Notes: generated from the sequence alone by a model not told the origin. A stretch of 64,000 bases of DNA from Felis catus (GCF_018350175.1 NC_058368.1:46874001-46938000); one strand, 5' to 3'. Positions 22,591 to 36,713 are shown, numbered from the stretch's first letter. A program made the numbers and translations.

Positions 22591-24839
22591 GAGAGGAATT
22601 CTTCCTAAACCCATTAGTTGAGTGATGTTTGCACTGGGTTTGAGGGTGGCCCGGACCACATTCTAAGCATAAGAAGTACTTCTCTTGGTGACATAGGGTT
22701 GTGTATGGGAACAAGTTCCTTTTGCTTATTTTCCTCTCAACTAACCAAGATTGATAGTTGTAGTGTTAACTACAGTGTCAAGTGTCTTGTCTTCTGGTCT
22801 GCCTCACCAGGACAGCCTCCTGCAAGAAGGACAGTGTATGTGTTTCCTCTATTACATCCGTCTCCCCTGCTTTTCCTTCATACCACAATGAGTCTTGGGA
22901 AGCAACTAGGACCAATTCCAGACAGTTTTTCCCCACAGAGTAGGCCACTTTTTTGAAGAAGTGTGCCTATTGCCTTCATTTAAGATCTTCATCCATGAGC
23001 ATCATTTCTTAACATTTTCCTGCACTCTTGTTTGACCTTCCCAATACCTGGCAGCCATTTCACATATACTATGACTCAGCTTAGAGACGTCTCCTAATTG
23101 CACCAACAGAGCCTTTTTTCCCCTTTCTTTCAGCCTTTAGCCATCTGTATTATTTTGGGGTGATTACCAAGAGGCACAGGAAACAGTATTATTTTTATGC
23201 CTATTATTCAAAATCCAAAAATGAAGACTGGTCTCTTATTTTTGCTTTGTTTCAAACTTTATTTAGCTTTCAATTTCTCAGGAAAAGCTATGAAGATAAG
23301 AAAACTGAAAAACCACATTCAAAGAAATTAACCCCAATAATGATGCAGCACATACAGGAAAGAATTCTTTGGTTCTACTTCTTAAAGAGCTTGCCACGAT
23401 CTTACACTTTGGCATAGTTTTAATGGTGGATCTGACCTTATTTCCAAGAAAACAAACACAAAGTCTGGACTTTAAATGTCCTAAGAACCCCACATTTAAT
23501 TTCATGCTTCAAAATAACAATTTGTATGAGATTTCAAAAGTTTAGAATAATAAATGTTTCTCCAGTGATCCATTCACACATACTGTCTTTACCCTTAGAA
23601 ATAGATTCAGGTGAAGAATAATGAACATGAAAAATTTTGAACTAATAGTATATTTTCCTGACTTTATTTTATGGACAGAAAGTTTATTTCTAGATCATCT
23701 ATATAGCAGCATCTCCTAATCCCTGACCTCTTAAAACTATTGAACTATAGTAGTATGTCACTTTCATAGTGTATACTCTTGGCTTTTCTTTTCCTTTTGG
23801 TGAATACAAAAAGGTAAATGTGAAATGCCCACATTTAGATGTACTCATATGTGAAACACCTTGTCACACTAATCAAGAAATCTGGAAATGCATTGTCTTA
23901 AAACTAACTGGAATTAGAAATAAAACTAATGAAAACTAAACTGTTTTCATATACGGATTTGCACTTTTTAGACAAAAACCTACAGAAGGATGAATATTCC
24001 TATACAATCATATTCAACCAAACCTGGACTTTCAGGTGAGAATATCAAGGATGTGCTCACATATATGTCAACTAAGTCAGTACAAACAAAGGCTGTGTAG
24101 TAGAAATTTAACCTAGCTGAACTTTGCAGACACTTGAAAAGTTAGGGCAAAAGCTTTGTAAATAGATTGCCTCTCTTAACATGTTCTAACTTTTCTCTCA
24201 CTGTTACCTATGCTGCCAGGGGTGGGTGGGCAAATATCTTTCGGCTCCTGAACACCCCTTTGTTTGGAAGCAGAGAGATCAGTGGTTTGGCCTGCCACAA
24301 TTGTTTTGCTGGTTGGCACAGAGTTCTAATTATTCTGTGATACATCATAAGATATAATAGATCACACAGTAACCACATTGTTCTTCATCTGGGGTCCTTT
24401 CTTTTCCACCCTAGTTTCTGCTTATGGCTGGGTCTTCTAGCCTCTCTGAATCTATCTATCTTCTGTAAGTGTTCTGATCATTAGTATATTTATTAATACA
24501 TTCTGCCAGTGAATGCAAAGAATATAAGGATGGTCAGACCCTTATATTAAAAATAAAAATAAAAATAAATTTCTTTGAAGAGGGTCAGTTATGACATAAA
24601 GAACAAACAATTATCATGTAGATGCATTGTCCAGATTACATGTGCTTCAATTCCACCTGCGTGCAAGTGGTGGTATATAGAAAGTTATCTATTGAAGATT
24701 TTTCTGACTTGCCCCTTAATGTTACCTCTAACATTAAATGTGACATTAGCTATGTAGGTAACATGAGAGAATGGATATATTTAATTTTTAAAAAATGAAA
24801 TGTAAATTGGAAAGTTAAGGGTTAAAACCACTGAGCAGT

Positions 24840-25300
24840 AGCAATCATCATATCTTTATTAAGTATTTACCATGTGCAAAATGTGTCGTTCACTGCTATG
24901 GGGATATAAGCAGATGAATTTGTCTCTCAGGAAGTTTTAACATATTCCTGCAGATGACATGGAAATTAAAACAGATACAGACTAAGCCAGAAATAAATGA
25001 TTTTCACAAACACTAAATGATTAACTTCTGAGGCTAATTAATAAGTCCAGAAGAAAAACTGCACCCAGTTAGGGTCTGAAAAGGTCTCACAGGAGAGTAG
25101 ATGGAGTTAAGCTTTGAAAGATAGAAATTAGATATGTAGAGATAAAAAGGTAGGATTCCGAGAGTGAAAGAAGGTATGAACAGGCTTGGAAAATCCCGAA
25201 GTTATTTGGCTGGAGAAGATGGTTAATGCAGGTGAGTTGTAAGAAATAATCTTAGAAAGGAAAATTAGGCCCAAACTCGGAATCTTAGTACAAAAGGAGC
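24840..25300 (-). mobile_element. L2 3' remnant
   Basis: TTTATTAAGTATTTACCATGTGC...GGGGATATAAG...GAGTTAAGCTTTGAAAGATAG. Confidence 0.6.
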
Positions 25301-25502
25301 TCTTGAAGAGTTATTTATTCCCATACGTAACTTTCATCCAAGACCATACTTCTCAAAACCAAATTTGATGAAGAACTATTTCCCAATCTTTGATTTTTAT
25401 AAAATTGATGCTTTTATTAACGCTCACTTTAACATTTCTCTTACTTCCATCTGGACTTATTTTCTCCTTCGTGCTAAATAGAACTCTCTTTATAGAATGC
25501 TT

Positions 25503-25885
25503 TGTATTAGTCACACTGGGTTAATGAATGCTGTGGTAAAAAGACATCCTCCCAAATGTCACAGGCTAAATACAACAAAAGTGGATTTCTCGTTCACAGC
25601 AGAATAAATGTGCAATGTGGGCAGACTGGAGACTCTGCTCCACAGGGTCACTGAGATCCAAGATGACTGAAGCGACTTCATTGCTCCGATGCACTCTGTG
25701 GGGAGTGTGGTTCTCTCCACTGCTTTAGCAAGGGAAGGTCCAGCTAGGGGGTCACAGGCTGCTTCCACGCTTTGGCACATCACTTTCCCACATCTTACTG
25801 GCCAGGTTAGAGGGCCTGCCTACCCGCAGACAGAGAGGAAACACAAGGAAACAGATGGAATGTGAGTTCCACTATCTCTGTCACA
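25503..25885 (-). mobile_element. Old MaLR solo LTR (MLT1K/L-like)
   Basis: TGTATTAGTCA start, ACAACAAAAGTGGATTTCTCGTTCAC, CTCTGCTCCACAGGGTCACT, CACATCACTTTC; ends CTCTGTCACA. Confidence 0.75.
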
Positions 25886-26469
25886 GCCTTTGTTGTGGGA
25901 GGTACATTAATTGAGGGCACATTATAAAATTTCCCCTACCTTTGTTTCTTAAAATATCTCTTTTCTTCAAAAACTAAATTTGCAGATTTTATTTCTCAGC
26001 CTGTTAATCATTGTGTGGGTATCTTCTCTGAACCCCCTCCAATGAATCCCTATTCTACTCATAAATGGAAATTTAAATTTACATTGGTTCTCTAAGAAAT
26101 GTAAGAAAAAGTCCAGTGTAATTATTTTTATTATCTGTATGTGTATTTACCATTTTATAAATGTAACCGAAGGTAATTTCAGACCAGCTGTCTGCATCAC
26201 ATCTCTGGCTGCTCTCTGAATTCATCTGTTTTATTCTACTTTTCAGATTTTTGCCCCAACTCTTTTACCTTCTTGACCAACCCACTTTCAGCCTTTCAAA
26301 AAAGAGTGTCTGTTCTTGAAAGTCTTCAAGACTCTTTTGCACCTTCTCCAAAATGCTTCCCCATATTCTCCCAATCAAAATAAACCCTTCCCTCTCCAGC
26401 CTAGTGTGTTTTTGAACATCAAATGCTTATCCTAGTCACTTTGTATTTGCAAGTCTATATGGCAGGCCT

Positions 26470-26932
26470 GCAATAAGGACTTTACTGGCCCCCTCCCCTC
26501 ACCCTCCCACTCTGGGAACATCTGGCAATGTCTGGAGGCAGGTTGTTTTGCTTTTTCTTTTTAATGTTTGTTTATTTTTGAGAGACAGAGACAGAGCATG
26601 AGCGGGGGAGGGACAGAGAGAGAGAGGGAGACACAGACTCCAGAGCAGGCTCCAGGTTCTGAGCTGTCATCACAGAGCCTGATGCAGGGCTTGAACTCAC
26701 AAGCTGTGAGATCATAACCTGAGCCGAAGCCGGATGCTTAACTGACTGAGCCACCCAGGTGCCCCAAGGAGGTGGTTTTGATTGTCAAAATCTGGGGAGG
26801 TAGGAGACTGCTTCTGGGATCTAGTGGGTAGAACCAGGTATTTGCTAGATATCCTACAATGCATAAGACAGCCACCACAAGCAAGAATTAACCAGCCCCA
26901 AATGTTTATGAAGTCAAGGTTGAGAAACCTTG
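26470..26932 (+). mobile_element. MER20 (hAT-Charlie), interrupted by a SINE
   Basis: GGAACATCTGGCAATGTCTGGAG / GATCTAGTGGGTAGA...CCTACAATGCATAAGACAGCC...GGTTGAGAAACC. Confidence 0.88.
26551..26765 (-). mobile_element. CAN-SINE nested in MER20
   Basis: Full reverse SINE; TSD AGGTTGTTTTG / AGGTGGTTTTG. Confidence 0.95.
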
Positions 26933-27079
26933 CTGAAGAGTATGAAGGCCCAAGTGATGACCTCAGGATGCCAACCAAAATTCCCTGCGGACAGTAACGT
27001 ACTCAACATTTGGGAGTGAATGGGCTTCAGAAAAGTCTAAAAGGCCCACTGGGTAGGATTTTTAAGAAGGAAAAATTCA

Positions 27080-27380
27080 TTTTTAATAATATCCATGGCT
27101 TAGTTTTGTACTGTTTGCCCACAGTTTCCAACTTCTCACGGACAAGAGAGCATTATACTTCCCCATTCCTTTTGCATTTGGGTATGACTATTATTTCTAG
27201 CTATTATGCTGTAGGTGGAAGTGACTTGATTAATTTATGGGCCAGAGCATTCAATTACTGATCTGAGACCCTCTGGTTCCCTATTATTCCTGTGACTGAA
27301 ATCAGCCTGCATCCGTAGTGAGGGCCCCACAAACATGCGAAGGATATGTAATGCGAGCAAGAGCTCATTGTTTAACCAAA
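27080..27380 (+). mobile_element. Old MaLR LTR (MLT1I/J-like)
   Basis: GGAAGTGAC...GGCCAGAGCATTCAATTACTG..TGAGACCCTC...ATCAGCCTG. Confidence 0.6.
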
Positions 27381-30233
27381 ATGTTACATCCGGTTCTTTG
27401 GTGCCATATGCACATGAATATTTAAAAAAAAACTCATGTAAAATTCTGCTCACTCCTAAAATGCTAATGTATGTCAGCATGATTTCTTTTAAGACTTCAA
27501 TGTTATCTTTGCAGCTTCACTTACCATTCTCTGACACGAGCCTGTTCTTTAGATTCATTTTGCTGCTAAGTCAACAAATTTTTGAAATCAACAATTTTTG
27601 AAAGCTTTTCTAAATCAGTCTTCATTCTGCTTTTGAATTTTTGCTTTATCACCCTCATGGATAGAGCTATAATACTGGCTTTACTTTTCCTAGCCCATGT
27701 AGGTTATATATGCTTTCAATTGCACTATATTTATTTCAATTTGCAACGCGAATCTAATTCTATTTGCTTCTCTTAGTTTGTAAAATATATTCTGTTAACA
27801 TGAAACCACTCATGGGACACAGAGGAATCATAAAGTTATGGAGAGATCACTGCAATGGGATGATGAGATAGCACATAAAGCTTTGTATCTAAGTTAGAAA
27901 AACTGGATCCCTGTACAACTCAAACAGTTTATTGCTGTAAGGTAGATAAAGTCTATACACGCACTTTGTAAACCATTCCGCGCTATGCAAAGGGAAGTTA
28001 TTATTAGTGAGCTCCCAGGTCTCTTGCCCTGCTCTATTACCACTGATCTGTGCAGCCATGAGGAAGTAAGTTCACTCCTTGGTTTTCAGTTTCCTTGTTC
28101 ATATACAGTAGTAGATTGTATAAGAGTTGATTTGTGCTTCTCTTTCCAAATATTCAAAGTCCAGGTTTTTATACACAGTGAGTTATTCTTAATTTAGGTG
28201 CTGTACAAAAATTTCCCCTCTTGAAAAAGGAAGTGTAGATTACTCTTTTATTTTTCAAATTATTCAAATGTCCGAGAGATAAATATCTTCTATACATATT
28301 TCCAATTTTCACTATTATATATAACGAACACAGCGTATGTTTGTTCCAGGTAAATGTTGAGATACATGGCTACTTACTATTAGTGTTAAATCACTAATTA
28401 AAAGGAAGTCATTTATAGTATAGGTTTAATAGTATTAAATACTACTACTAATGATAGGTCTTGGCTAGGCAGTGTTTCATGGATATTATGTACATCACCT
28501 TATTTAATTTCACGATAATGGTAAAGGTAAATAAAAATAATGATAAGATGAAACTGAAGGTAATATTATCTTTTAGATTGGGATATATGACCTCTTTATT
28601 CACTTTAAATTTCCCAAAGCATTTGTGATCACTCTGTGGAATCAGTGTACAAACTATAATCTGAAAGAAATCGGTGGTATTTTTACAGTACGTGAGCACA
28701 ACCATCTGATTTATAGTTCAATCTGTTAATGCACTCTGTTATTAGGCCACCTGGCAGTTTTATGCATTGTGAATTTAAAGAGGAGCTCGATGTAACATAA
28801 GCTTTACAAGCTGGGGAAATATTATTGAAATGAAACATGAATGAGGACCATTTAAACAATAAAATAATGTGTATAGACTATATATTTTTTAGTTTTAGCT
28901 AATACGTGCCTTAGGTATAAATTCTGAAATAAGTTGAGGTTCTTATGAGACTATAAAGATGAAATTCAAAATAAACTTATTATTGTACTATTGTTAATCA
29001 TGTAGTGTTCATGCGCTTAGAGAGAAGCAAAACACAGCCACAAATTCCTCTGAAAAATTAAGATCGCATATCAACTACATTTTCTTTTAGGGCTCACAGA
29101 AGTGTACTTGGGGAAATGGTGTCAGAATGAAGAGCCAGAATTGGGATGTGAAGAAAAACCTTGTAACTTATTGACCGTCTCTTTTATGACTCTGTTTTAT
29201 TATCATTTAAGGAATTTGATCCACCATTGCTAAAGTACAAAAGAAGGTCTGTACAGAGATAATCCCTGAAAATATGTCAGTAAGATTAAACAGTGGCATA
29301 ACGGTGAATGTGTATTAGGCCTGAAAAAAGGATGTCTACTGTAATGTGATCCTGTTCACCCTCTATTGTTCTAAATATATCAATTAGTAGCTCATGCAGT
29401 TTATGGGAAGTATTATATAATATAAAGTAATATACTATGAAAAGTATTATAAGTGAGCTGGATTCTTTACAGTGACCCATGAAATTCAGGATTGGCTTAT
29501 TCAATTTTATATCACTATTGGATTTCTCTTTAATTGAATTTATGAATGAAATGGTATAAGGTGGTTGATGATATTTTTATTCAGACATTACACTGCAATC
29601 AAACTGCATCATCAGCATTAGGTTTTCCAGAGAATCTTGTGAATATGATTCATATCTATATAACTTCAAAGAATATTTTCTAGTATATATTTGCTCTAAA
29701 ATACATGCAAATGACTGAAAGGAAATTGTATTTTTGTTTATGTAAATGTATCTATTTCCTCTCATTTTTGCCACTAGGAAAACGTGAAAAATTAATGAAA
29801 ATGTTATGAATTTTCTACTTTGAATTATCGGACACTCCACAAATAATTATGGAAAAGAATGGCTTTTCAAATGGGTATTTCTCTAAAATTTATGGGGAAG
29901 TATTAAAATTACTTCTCACTGTCACGGTATCTTTCAACCACTGTCAGGTGAAAAAAGTAAAACACATTTTTGCACACACTGGAGGACAAACTCAAATATT
30001 TAAAATACATCCAGTAACAAATATGCTATTATGCTTTTAACCTTAACATTTACTTAATTATTAGCTATTTGGATTCTACACCTTGATTCCGATATTTCTG
30101 TTTAATCTTCTGATTTTAACATTTTAGTTAAGAGAGTTTGGTAATATGGTGCCCAAACTTTTTCCTAAGGAAAAAGAAAACTATGAAAATAAATGATCAT
30201 TTAACAAATGAAATTCCCCTCAAGTCTCAATCA

Positions 30234-30340
30234 CATATTATTATTGTTATATATATTATAACATATATATGTGTTATATATGTTATATATATTATATATA
30301 TATTATTGTTAATAATAATAATAATATTATTATTATTATT
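30234..30340. repeat. AT-rich low complexity, (TA)n/(AAT)n/(ATT)n
   Basis: Direct reading. Confidence 0.9.
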
Positions 30341-31217
30341 GTGACATATTATTTGGGTTAATTTTCTGAGAGTTGGTATTTGGATGTTCCTTCTTTTTGC
30401 CATATAACGAGGTGACTGAGTGTTTTTTGCCAGTCTAATATGCCCTGAAGACTTTTGGTTTGGGAACTTGAGGTCACAGGATATGATAAAATTCATTTTA
30501 CTGAGGTGTACTGGTTATGAAAATTGCTTGTTCCAGTGGGCGATTTCACTACTTCATTTACAGCATAAGTGCTCATTGTGCTTCCGCGGGCTGGGATCTG
30601 ACCCCTATATTTCTCATTTTCCTCCTGAAATGTGGGTCAGCAGTGTTGTCAGATTCCTTTTCTCCTGTAAAACATTTTATTTTTAAGTATTTGACACAGG
30701 AGCTTTCTAGAAGAACAGGTTAAAAAAAAAGAACCAAGTCCTGCTGGATGGCATTTATGACTCGGAGAACTATCATCACCATTGACCTCACAACTCTTCT
30801 TAAATAGTCAGAGAAGGGCAACAAAATTGTCAATTAGGCTTCCGGGGAACAGAATTCAGCCCAATACAATTCGCTAGGCAGCATCATCATGCAGATCTGG
30901 CTTCTATATGAGAAGCGTTCAAGCCTATAATAATGAGGGTTCAACAAATTTGAACTTCCTTTCCCAACAGCAGATTTGGAAGCTGTTGATTTGTTATACA
31001 CTTATTAAAAGGTTTTGTAACATTGAAATGATACTTTGGATATTCAGTCTAATTCTCTGATTCACAGACCAGAGGTCAGGATTCTAGAAAGCTTTAAGAA
31101 GTCCATTTTTGCTTTCACAGAGATGGTGGTTTAAAAACATATATAGTATTTATACATATATTTTGCCTTTCTTCTGTTTTTTACCTGAGATGCATTTTGT
31201 GTCCTTTCTTTTTTAAG

Positions 31218-31320
31218 AGTGTATTGTTCTAAGGTGTTGTCAGTATTTAGCAACAGCTTACAAAGAAAAGTGTATTGTTCTAAGCTGTTGTCAGTATTTA
31301 GCAACAGCTTACAAAGAAAA
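31218..31320. repeat. 51-bp tandem duplication (2 copies, 1 mismatch)
   Basis: AGTGTATTGTTCTAAG[G/C]TGTTGTCAGTATTTAGCAACAGCTTACAAAGAAA at 31218-31268 and 31269-31319. Confidence 0.97.
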
Positions 31321-32798
31321 TCTGGTACTCTTACTCACCAACCACTTTTTTAAGGATTTGATATTCAATACACTCACCAATAAGAGTAAGAATCGGAAAA
31401 AAACAAAAATAAATTATAACTTGTGTTTCATATTTCACTAAGCACCACAAGCTTTTCATGAGTTAAATCAATGCCAACTGTCCCTAGGCCAGGAAGAAAG
31501 TAATAGAAAGAAAATAGAATTAATATAAAATTCTAAGTAGAAAATGTATAGTCACTATAAAATGGTAGAAAGAAATAATAAGAAATGCTCTCCTTTTCCA
31601 CCAAGTCGCCCTCTAAAAACTGGGCTGCAACACTTTAACCAGTAAGGTGATATCCATTTAAAATATTTTCCTTCATGGAGAAATTGTGTCTGGTCTTACC
31701 CAATACTAACCTGACCCATTTGTTTCATTTGCAAATGAACTTTTACCAGGTCTAGACCTGTTTCTCAAAGGGAGAGAAGGAGAAAGGGAGATGGGACCAA
31801 GGCCAATGGTGCTTGCTTGGTCTGTAAGAGAAGAATTATTTCCCCTTCATGGAAAAGAAGCCAGTTATAATAATACTAAACAATAGAGACCCACTGTAGT
31901 AACTGCCAGAAGATGAATTAAGAAATCTAAAGAATAACAACAGCTGGGCTGGGTCTTGTATTGGTCACCTATTGCTCTATTTAGTTCCCAGCCAGACTAG
32001 AACTCTTCTAGCTTTCAGTATGATATATGTGCACAAAATCCCAACCACACGTTTGCATTGGAGCCTACATTCCTTAGCCAATTAGTGTTATGATTTTATC
32101 ACAGCAATTACTTGAAACTGAATTCCAGGAGTTGTTATCCAGGGTGATCTCTGATCTCAGAGGGTATTTGCTGAGGATGAACAAACTAGAAAAAAATACT
32201 TCAAAGAGTATTGATACTAGAAAGTACCTACAATATTGATATTTTATCAACTCCAGTGGTGGAGCCCGATTTAGTCCCAATTGTTTCTGTAACCCATCTT
32301 GGTAACAGTTAAATGAATTCACAAGGATGCCATACATTAAGGGGAAAAGGAAACAGGCTTGGCTATCTGTGGCAAAGACCTTGTGAAATTCCTCATAGAG
32401 CCTGTACGACAAATTTGTGTTCTGGTACAGGCACACAGAACATGCATCGAAACGGAATCATAAGCCTCAGTTTTTATACATAATAAAAATCTACGGTGGA
32501 GATATGTCTATGTTTCCGAACACAAATCTCCCCTTTGTGAAAAGGTTAAAGGCATATTAGAGCTGTTAGTGACCAAATAGGAACTGTTTTATTTCTCCGT
32601 AGGTACATGTTTTACGCAGAAATACAGTCATATCTAAATTGATTGACTAACCAGAAGGAAAGAAACTTTACTAAAAAGTAAAAACAAAAAAAAAATTGAT
32701 TTTGTCACATTTTCTGTAAATCATCACAGTGAAAGAAGAAAGACTATACCTAGATGGATTTGCTGTTAGCCTATCGTAAATAGTCTGCAAATATTTTT

Positions 32799-33022
32799 TT
32801 TTTAATTTTTTTTTCAACGTTTTTATTTATTTTTGGGACAGAGAGAGACAGAGCATGAACGGGGGAGGGGCAGAGAGAGAGGGAGACACAGAATCGGAAA
32901 CAGGCTCCAGGCTCTGAGCCATCAGCCCAGAGCCTGACGCGGGGCTCAAACTCACGGACCGCGAGATCGTCGTGACCTGGATGAAGTCGGACGCTTAACC
33001 GACTGCGCCACCCAGGCGCCCC
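32799..33022 (-). mobile_element. Young felid CAN-SINE (SINEC_Fc-type)
   Basis: Near-consensus. TSD TAGTCTGCAAATATTTTT at 32781-32798 and 33025-33042, at an L1-endonuclease TT/AAAA site on the minus strand. Confidence 0.97.
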
Positions 33023-36000
33023 TGTAGTCTGCAAATATTTTTAAAAGTTGGTTTATAAGAGTTTCCAGTATTCTAATCTTACCTCTTGTTTTTCATTTTC
33101 TCTTCTTTTCCTTGGGGTATATGACTCAGTGCAGAGTCTAGACTCCTACGCACCATAAATGTATTGACTTGGAATAATTGTTTGTATACAGACAACCGTC
33201 ACGTTTATTCTTTTATCAACAAGGTTCCTCAGGGTGTAGGGTTTCCCTGAAAAGTATCTAGCCATAGGAGATAGAAATGTTGTCACCAATAGTTCTGAGT
33301 TGGTGTATTTTTAACTTGTATGCATCTTTTAGCTGAGTCACTTGCCCCAGGGAAGAGGAAGGAAAATGAAAAGCAAGAGTGAGATAATAACAGTGGGAAT
33401 TTTTACACACACTGGAAAAAAAAAAAGAATTTGAGATTATCGAGAGGAAATGCAGGGAATCCAGCTCCTCACTGTTTCACGCTTTAATATAATGTGTGTA
33501 CAGATGTGGTGTCCGTCTTTCAGGTTAGTAACCGCTTTAGCACATGTTCATATGTAGATTGCCTTTTAGAAGCTGACAGACTAAAGACACAAGAAGTTCT
33601 GCATTTTACTCTCGTGCGTCCGACATTCTGTTCGGCATTATCGTGTGCATGATTTCACTCATCCCTCACAACGGGGACGCCAGACGTGACCACCTGCCCA
33701 CCTTTCCGAAGAGAACGCAGTACTGCTCTCAGTTGGATTTGGTTTTTCCAGGCTGTGGTGCCTTCCACGGAAGCTCAAAATGCTGGTGTCAAAACTGCCC
33801 AATTTTGAAATAATTTAACGAAATGATAGGAAAACTATTAAAAAACTGGGAAATTCTGTTTGGGGAAAGGTACCAAAGAACAGACGTAATTCATCTGATC
33901 ATTCACAGAGAGGGGTACCTCTCTGCAAATGGAGAAATTCAGAAATGTAAAAGCACGATGGACTGTTGAGCCTCTCTTCATAAACTTTAGGGTGGAATTA
34001 TCTTCTGTGCATGCAACGGGCCCTCAACAAATGATTGGTAACAGAAACATATACATTGGGGGACACGTCAATGCCTCGGACCAAGCTGAAGGTAAACCCG
34101 CCTGCCAGGCTGAAAGTCTGGGAGTAAAGCGGCTCAAGGTAGGGAGGTTATAGCGTAAAGCTCTGTTCCTTCTTGCTCCAACTTGTCTGTAACAGCTTGA
34201 GCTGGGAAAGCTTGACTCAGACCTCCGAAGCACAGGTGTTTTATCTTTATATAAAAATAGCAACCAGAAGCAACTTCATTTTCTTCAGAACTATCTTCTT
34301 ATCGTCGTGTTTCCTGTTATCTAGATTAGAGAAGCCAGAATCTTTGTTAGTTAGTCTACGTTGGCACATCTGCCTTATGGGAAGCAAAATGATTTGCCCA
34401 AGCACTCCCAAGCCCCGCAGAAGGACCAAAGAGGAGGCATTTGTAGCCCTTGCCAAGGATCCTAGATATCAATGACTGGAAACTGCCAGACCAGACCCAA
34501 GCGGTTTGGGATGGCAGCACCTCCCTGGAGGGCAAACTGAAGGCAGGAAAACTGCTTGAGCCAGAGAAGAGGTGCGGGACATCCTCATCCTACAAAGGGG
34601 ACCAGATAGAGATGTGATCAATGCAGCCTTACAGAGCATGCTGCCTTAACACACTTCTTGAGGATTTGAATGGTTTCTTGAAGGAGTTAGCCTTTGAAAG
34701 AGCAGGGTAAGATGCTACAGCCCTGAGAGATTTTTAATGTACAGATTGCTTCCAAGCAGCTGGCACTATCCTGGGTAAACAGCACTCGGATATCCAGCTG
34801 CTGAGCGTGCGACCAGGGAAGGGAGAACGAAAGGCCCCTGGGAGGAAACCAGATACCATTTTTTGGAGATGATTGACCAACAAAACAGGGAGAAGCCAGT
34901 CCTGAGAGCTGCTGCTGAGAGCCCTGTCACAGGCAGGCATCCTGAGGTCCCCAGCTGACAGGTGGGTACAGAGAGTGCCCTAGTTTAGATCCCGGATTGC
35001 TCAGGGCTCTCCCCATCCCGTTGTGTGCCACGCTGGAGGAATAGGTGGTTTGGCCGCTATTCTCCGCTCAATGTCTTTAGGAAGGCAGCTGTAGCTTACC
35101 ATTTGTTATGCTCCTTTCTCAAGAGAGAGAATAATTTTTCCTCAAACTCTGGAACAGGCTTCAGCCAATTAGGGATAGTCCCTGCACTGAATCCACCCTG
35201 GAGGGTTGGCTCAGGGGAAAAAAGTCATTACCAACAATTCCACCTGAAGATTCCTTTTAATGCAATTTTTGAATCTTTGTCTTCAAATGTTGACTCTTCA
35301 GATTGTCTCTATTAATTGGTAACACCAACTACTATATAAAATAGAATTACTCTGTCATCATTCCTCAAAGTCATGTTTGAATCACAGTGTCAATGTTATA
35401 TAAGAGGTTTATTACAAAATTATCTGACTTCAAGTCTAATGAATAATTCCTTCAATTAATGTTCACAATTGAAAAGGAAAGGAAATATGAGTGTGAAAAA
35501 AAATGAGAAAAATCATAGGAGGATGCCTAAATAACAACATCAATATGTATGCTGGTTCTTTCTTTCTTTTTCTTCCTGCTAAATTCTATGCCCTCACAGA
35601 CTTCACACAAAGGAAAGAAAGTGAATATTGAATCAGGGGAATTTTTAAATTATGTAAAATTTCTGCCTATAATAGTCATGTGTGGGGAAAAGTATACTAT
35701 TATAAAACTTTTTAAAAAACGGTTATTATGATTATTATTCGCAGAAAATTTGTGCTATAGAAAAGTTAAATTTGTCAATCTTAGAAGCGAAGCCAGTTCC
35801 AACAGCAAGAGGATCTGTACTCTGATGGAAAAGAAGGATAACATGCTAGGGCTGTGGCTGCTCTGTGGCTTGGGACTGAGGGCTGGAAGAGGTAAAGGGA
35901 TAAGGGGGTGGGTGGGGGAGGAATGGCTTATGAAAGGCCATACAGCCTGACCATCTGACACTAAAGTGGAATAATCAGAAATGCGCGTTGGGTTCTGGAA

Positions 36001-36502
36001 GGACTCTTGCTCTCTTCTTGCCTGATAACAGCACTGGAGACAAACACAGGGATGCTACCACTCTAGAAAGGAGACTTTCATGAAACTCAAAGAAACTACT
36101 CTGAGGGAGGCAAGAAGCTCAGTTCCAGGACAGACTAGTAGGAAGTGTCTCATTAGAGAGCTTAAGAAGTTCAAGAACCAACTAGAGACTTCAGTAGCTA
36201 TGGGGATGAGTTTAGTAGAGCTGAAGAAATATCCTGAAAAGGCCCAATGGCCTTGACAGGCCACTTCCATGGCTTCAATAGTGAACCTGCATAAGCGACT
36301 GACTAATCCTTACTACTCCTTAATCAATGCTCTTCTCCTTTATTTACACTCAAAAACCCTTGCTGCTTGTGGGGTGCAGGAACCACTACCTAACACCTAG
36401 CTTTGTTTCTGAGAACCCTCATGGTAGGAGAATTTGTGGTTCAAAATACTTTCGAGATCAAAAAATGTTGTAGTGTTGTGGTTGAGAGAGATCCTACGAA
36501 AG

Positions 36503-36713
36503 TTTTTTTTTTTAATTTTTTAATGTTTATTTATTTTGAGAGAAAGAGAGGGGAGGGGAGGGGCAGAGAGAGAAGGAGAGAGAGAATCCCAAGCAGGCTC
36601 CGTTCTGTCAGCACAGAGCCCCATGTGGGGCTGGAACCCACAAACCATGAGATCATGACCTGAGCCGAAATCAAGAGTCGGATGCTCACCCAACTGAGCC
36701 ACCCAGGTGCCCC
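36503..36713 (-). mobile_element. CAN-SINE, older
   Basis: Reverse SINE ending CTGAGCCACCCAGGTGCCCC; degenerate TSD. Confidence 0.93.

Noticed and set aside
32074..32436. 120-aa minus-strand ORF in unique sequence
   Set aside because: Non-ATG start, no supporting splice sites, no recognisable homology.
33906..33925. Hairpin CAGAGAGG-GGTA-CCTCTCTG
   Set aside because: An 8-bp stem is expected several times by chance in 64 kb.
36005..36280. Possible second CR1/L3 3' remnant and a 58-aa ATG ORF
   Set aside because: Similarity too faint to support by eye; needs a Dfam search.
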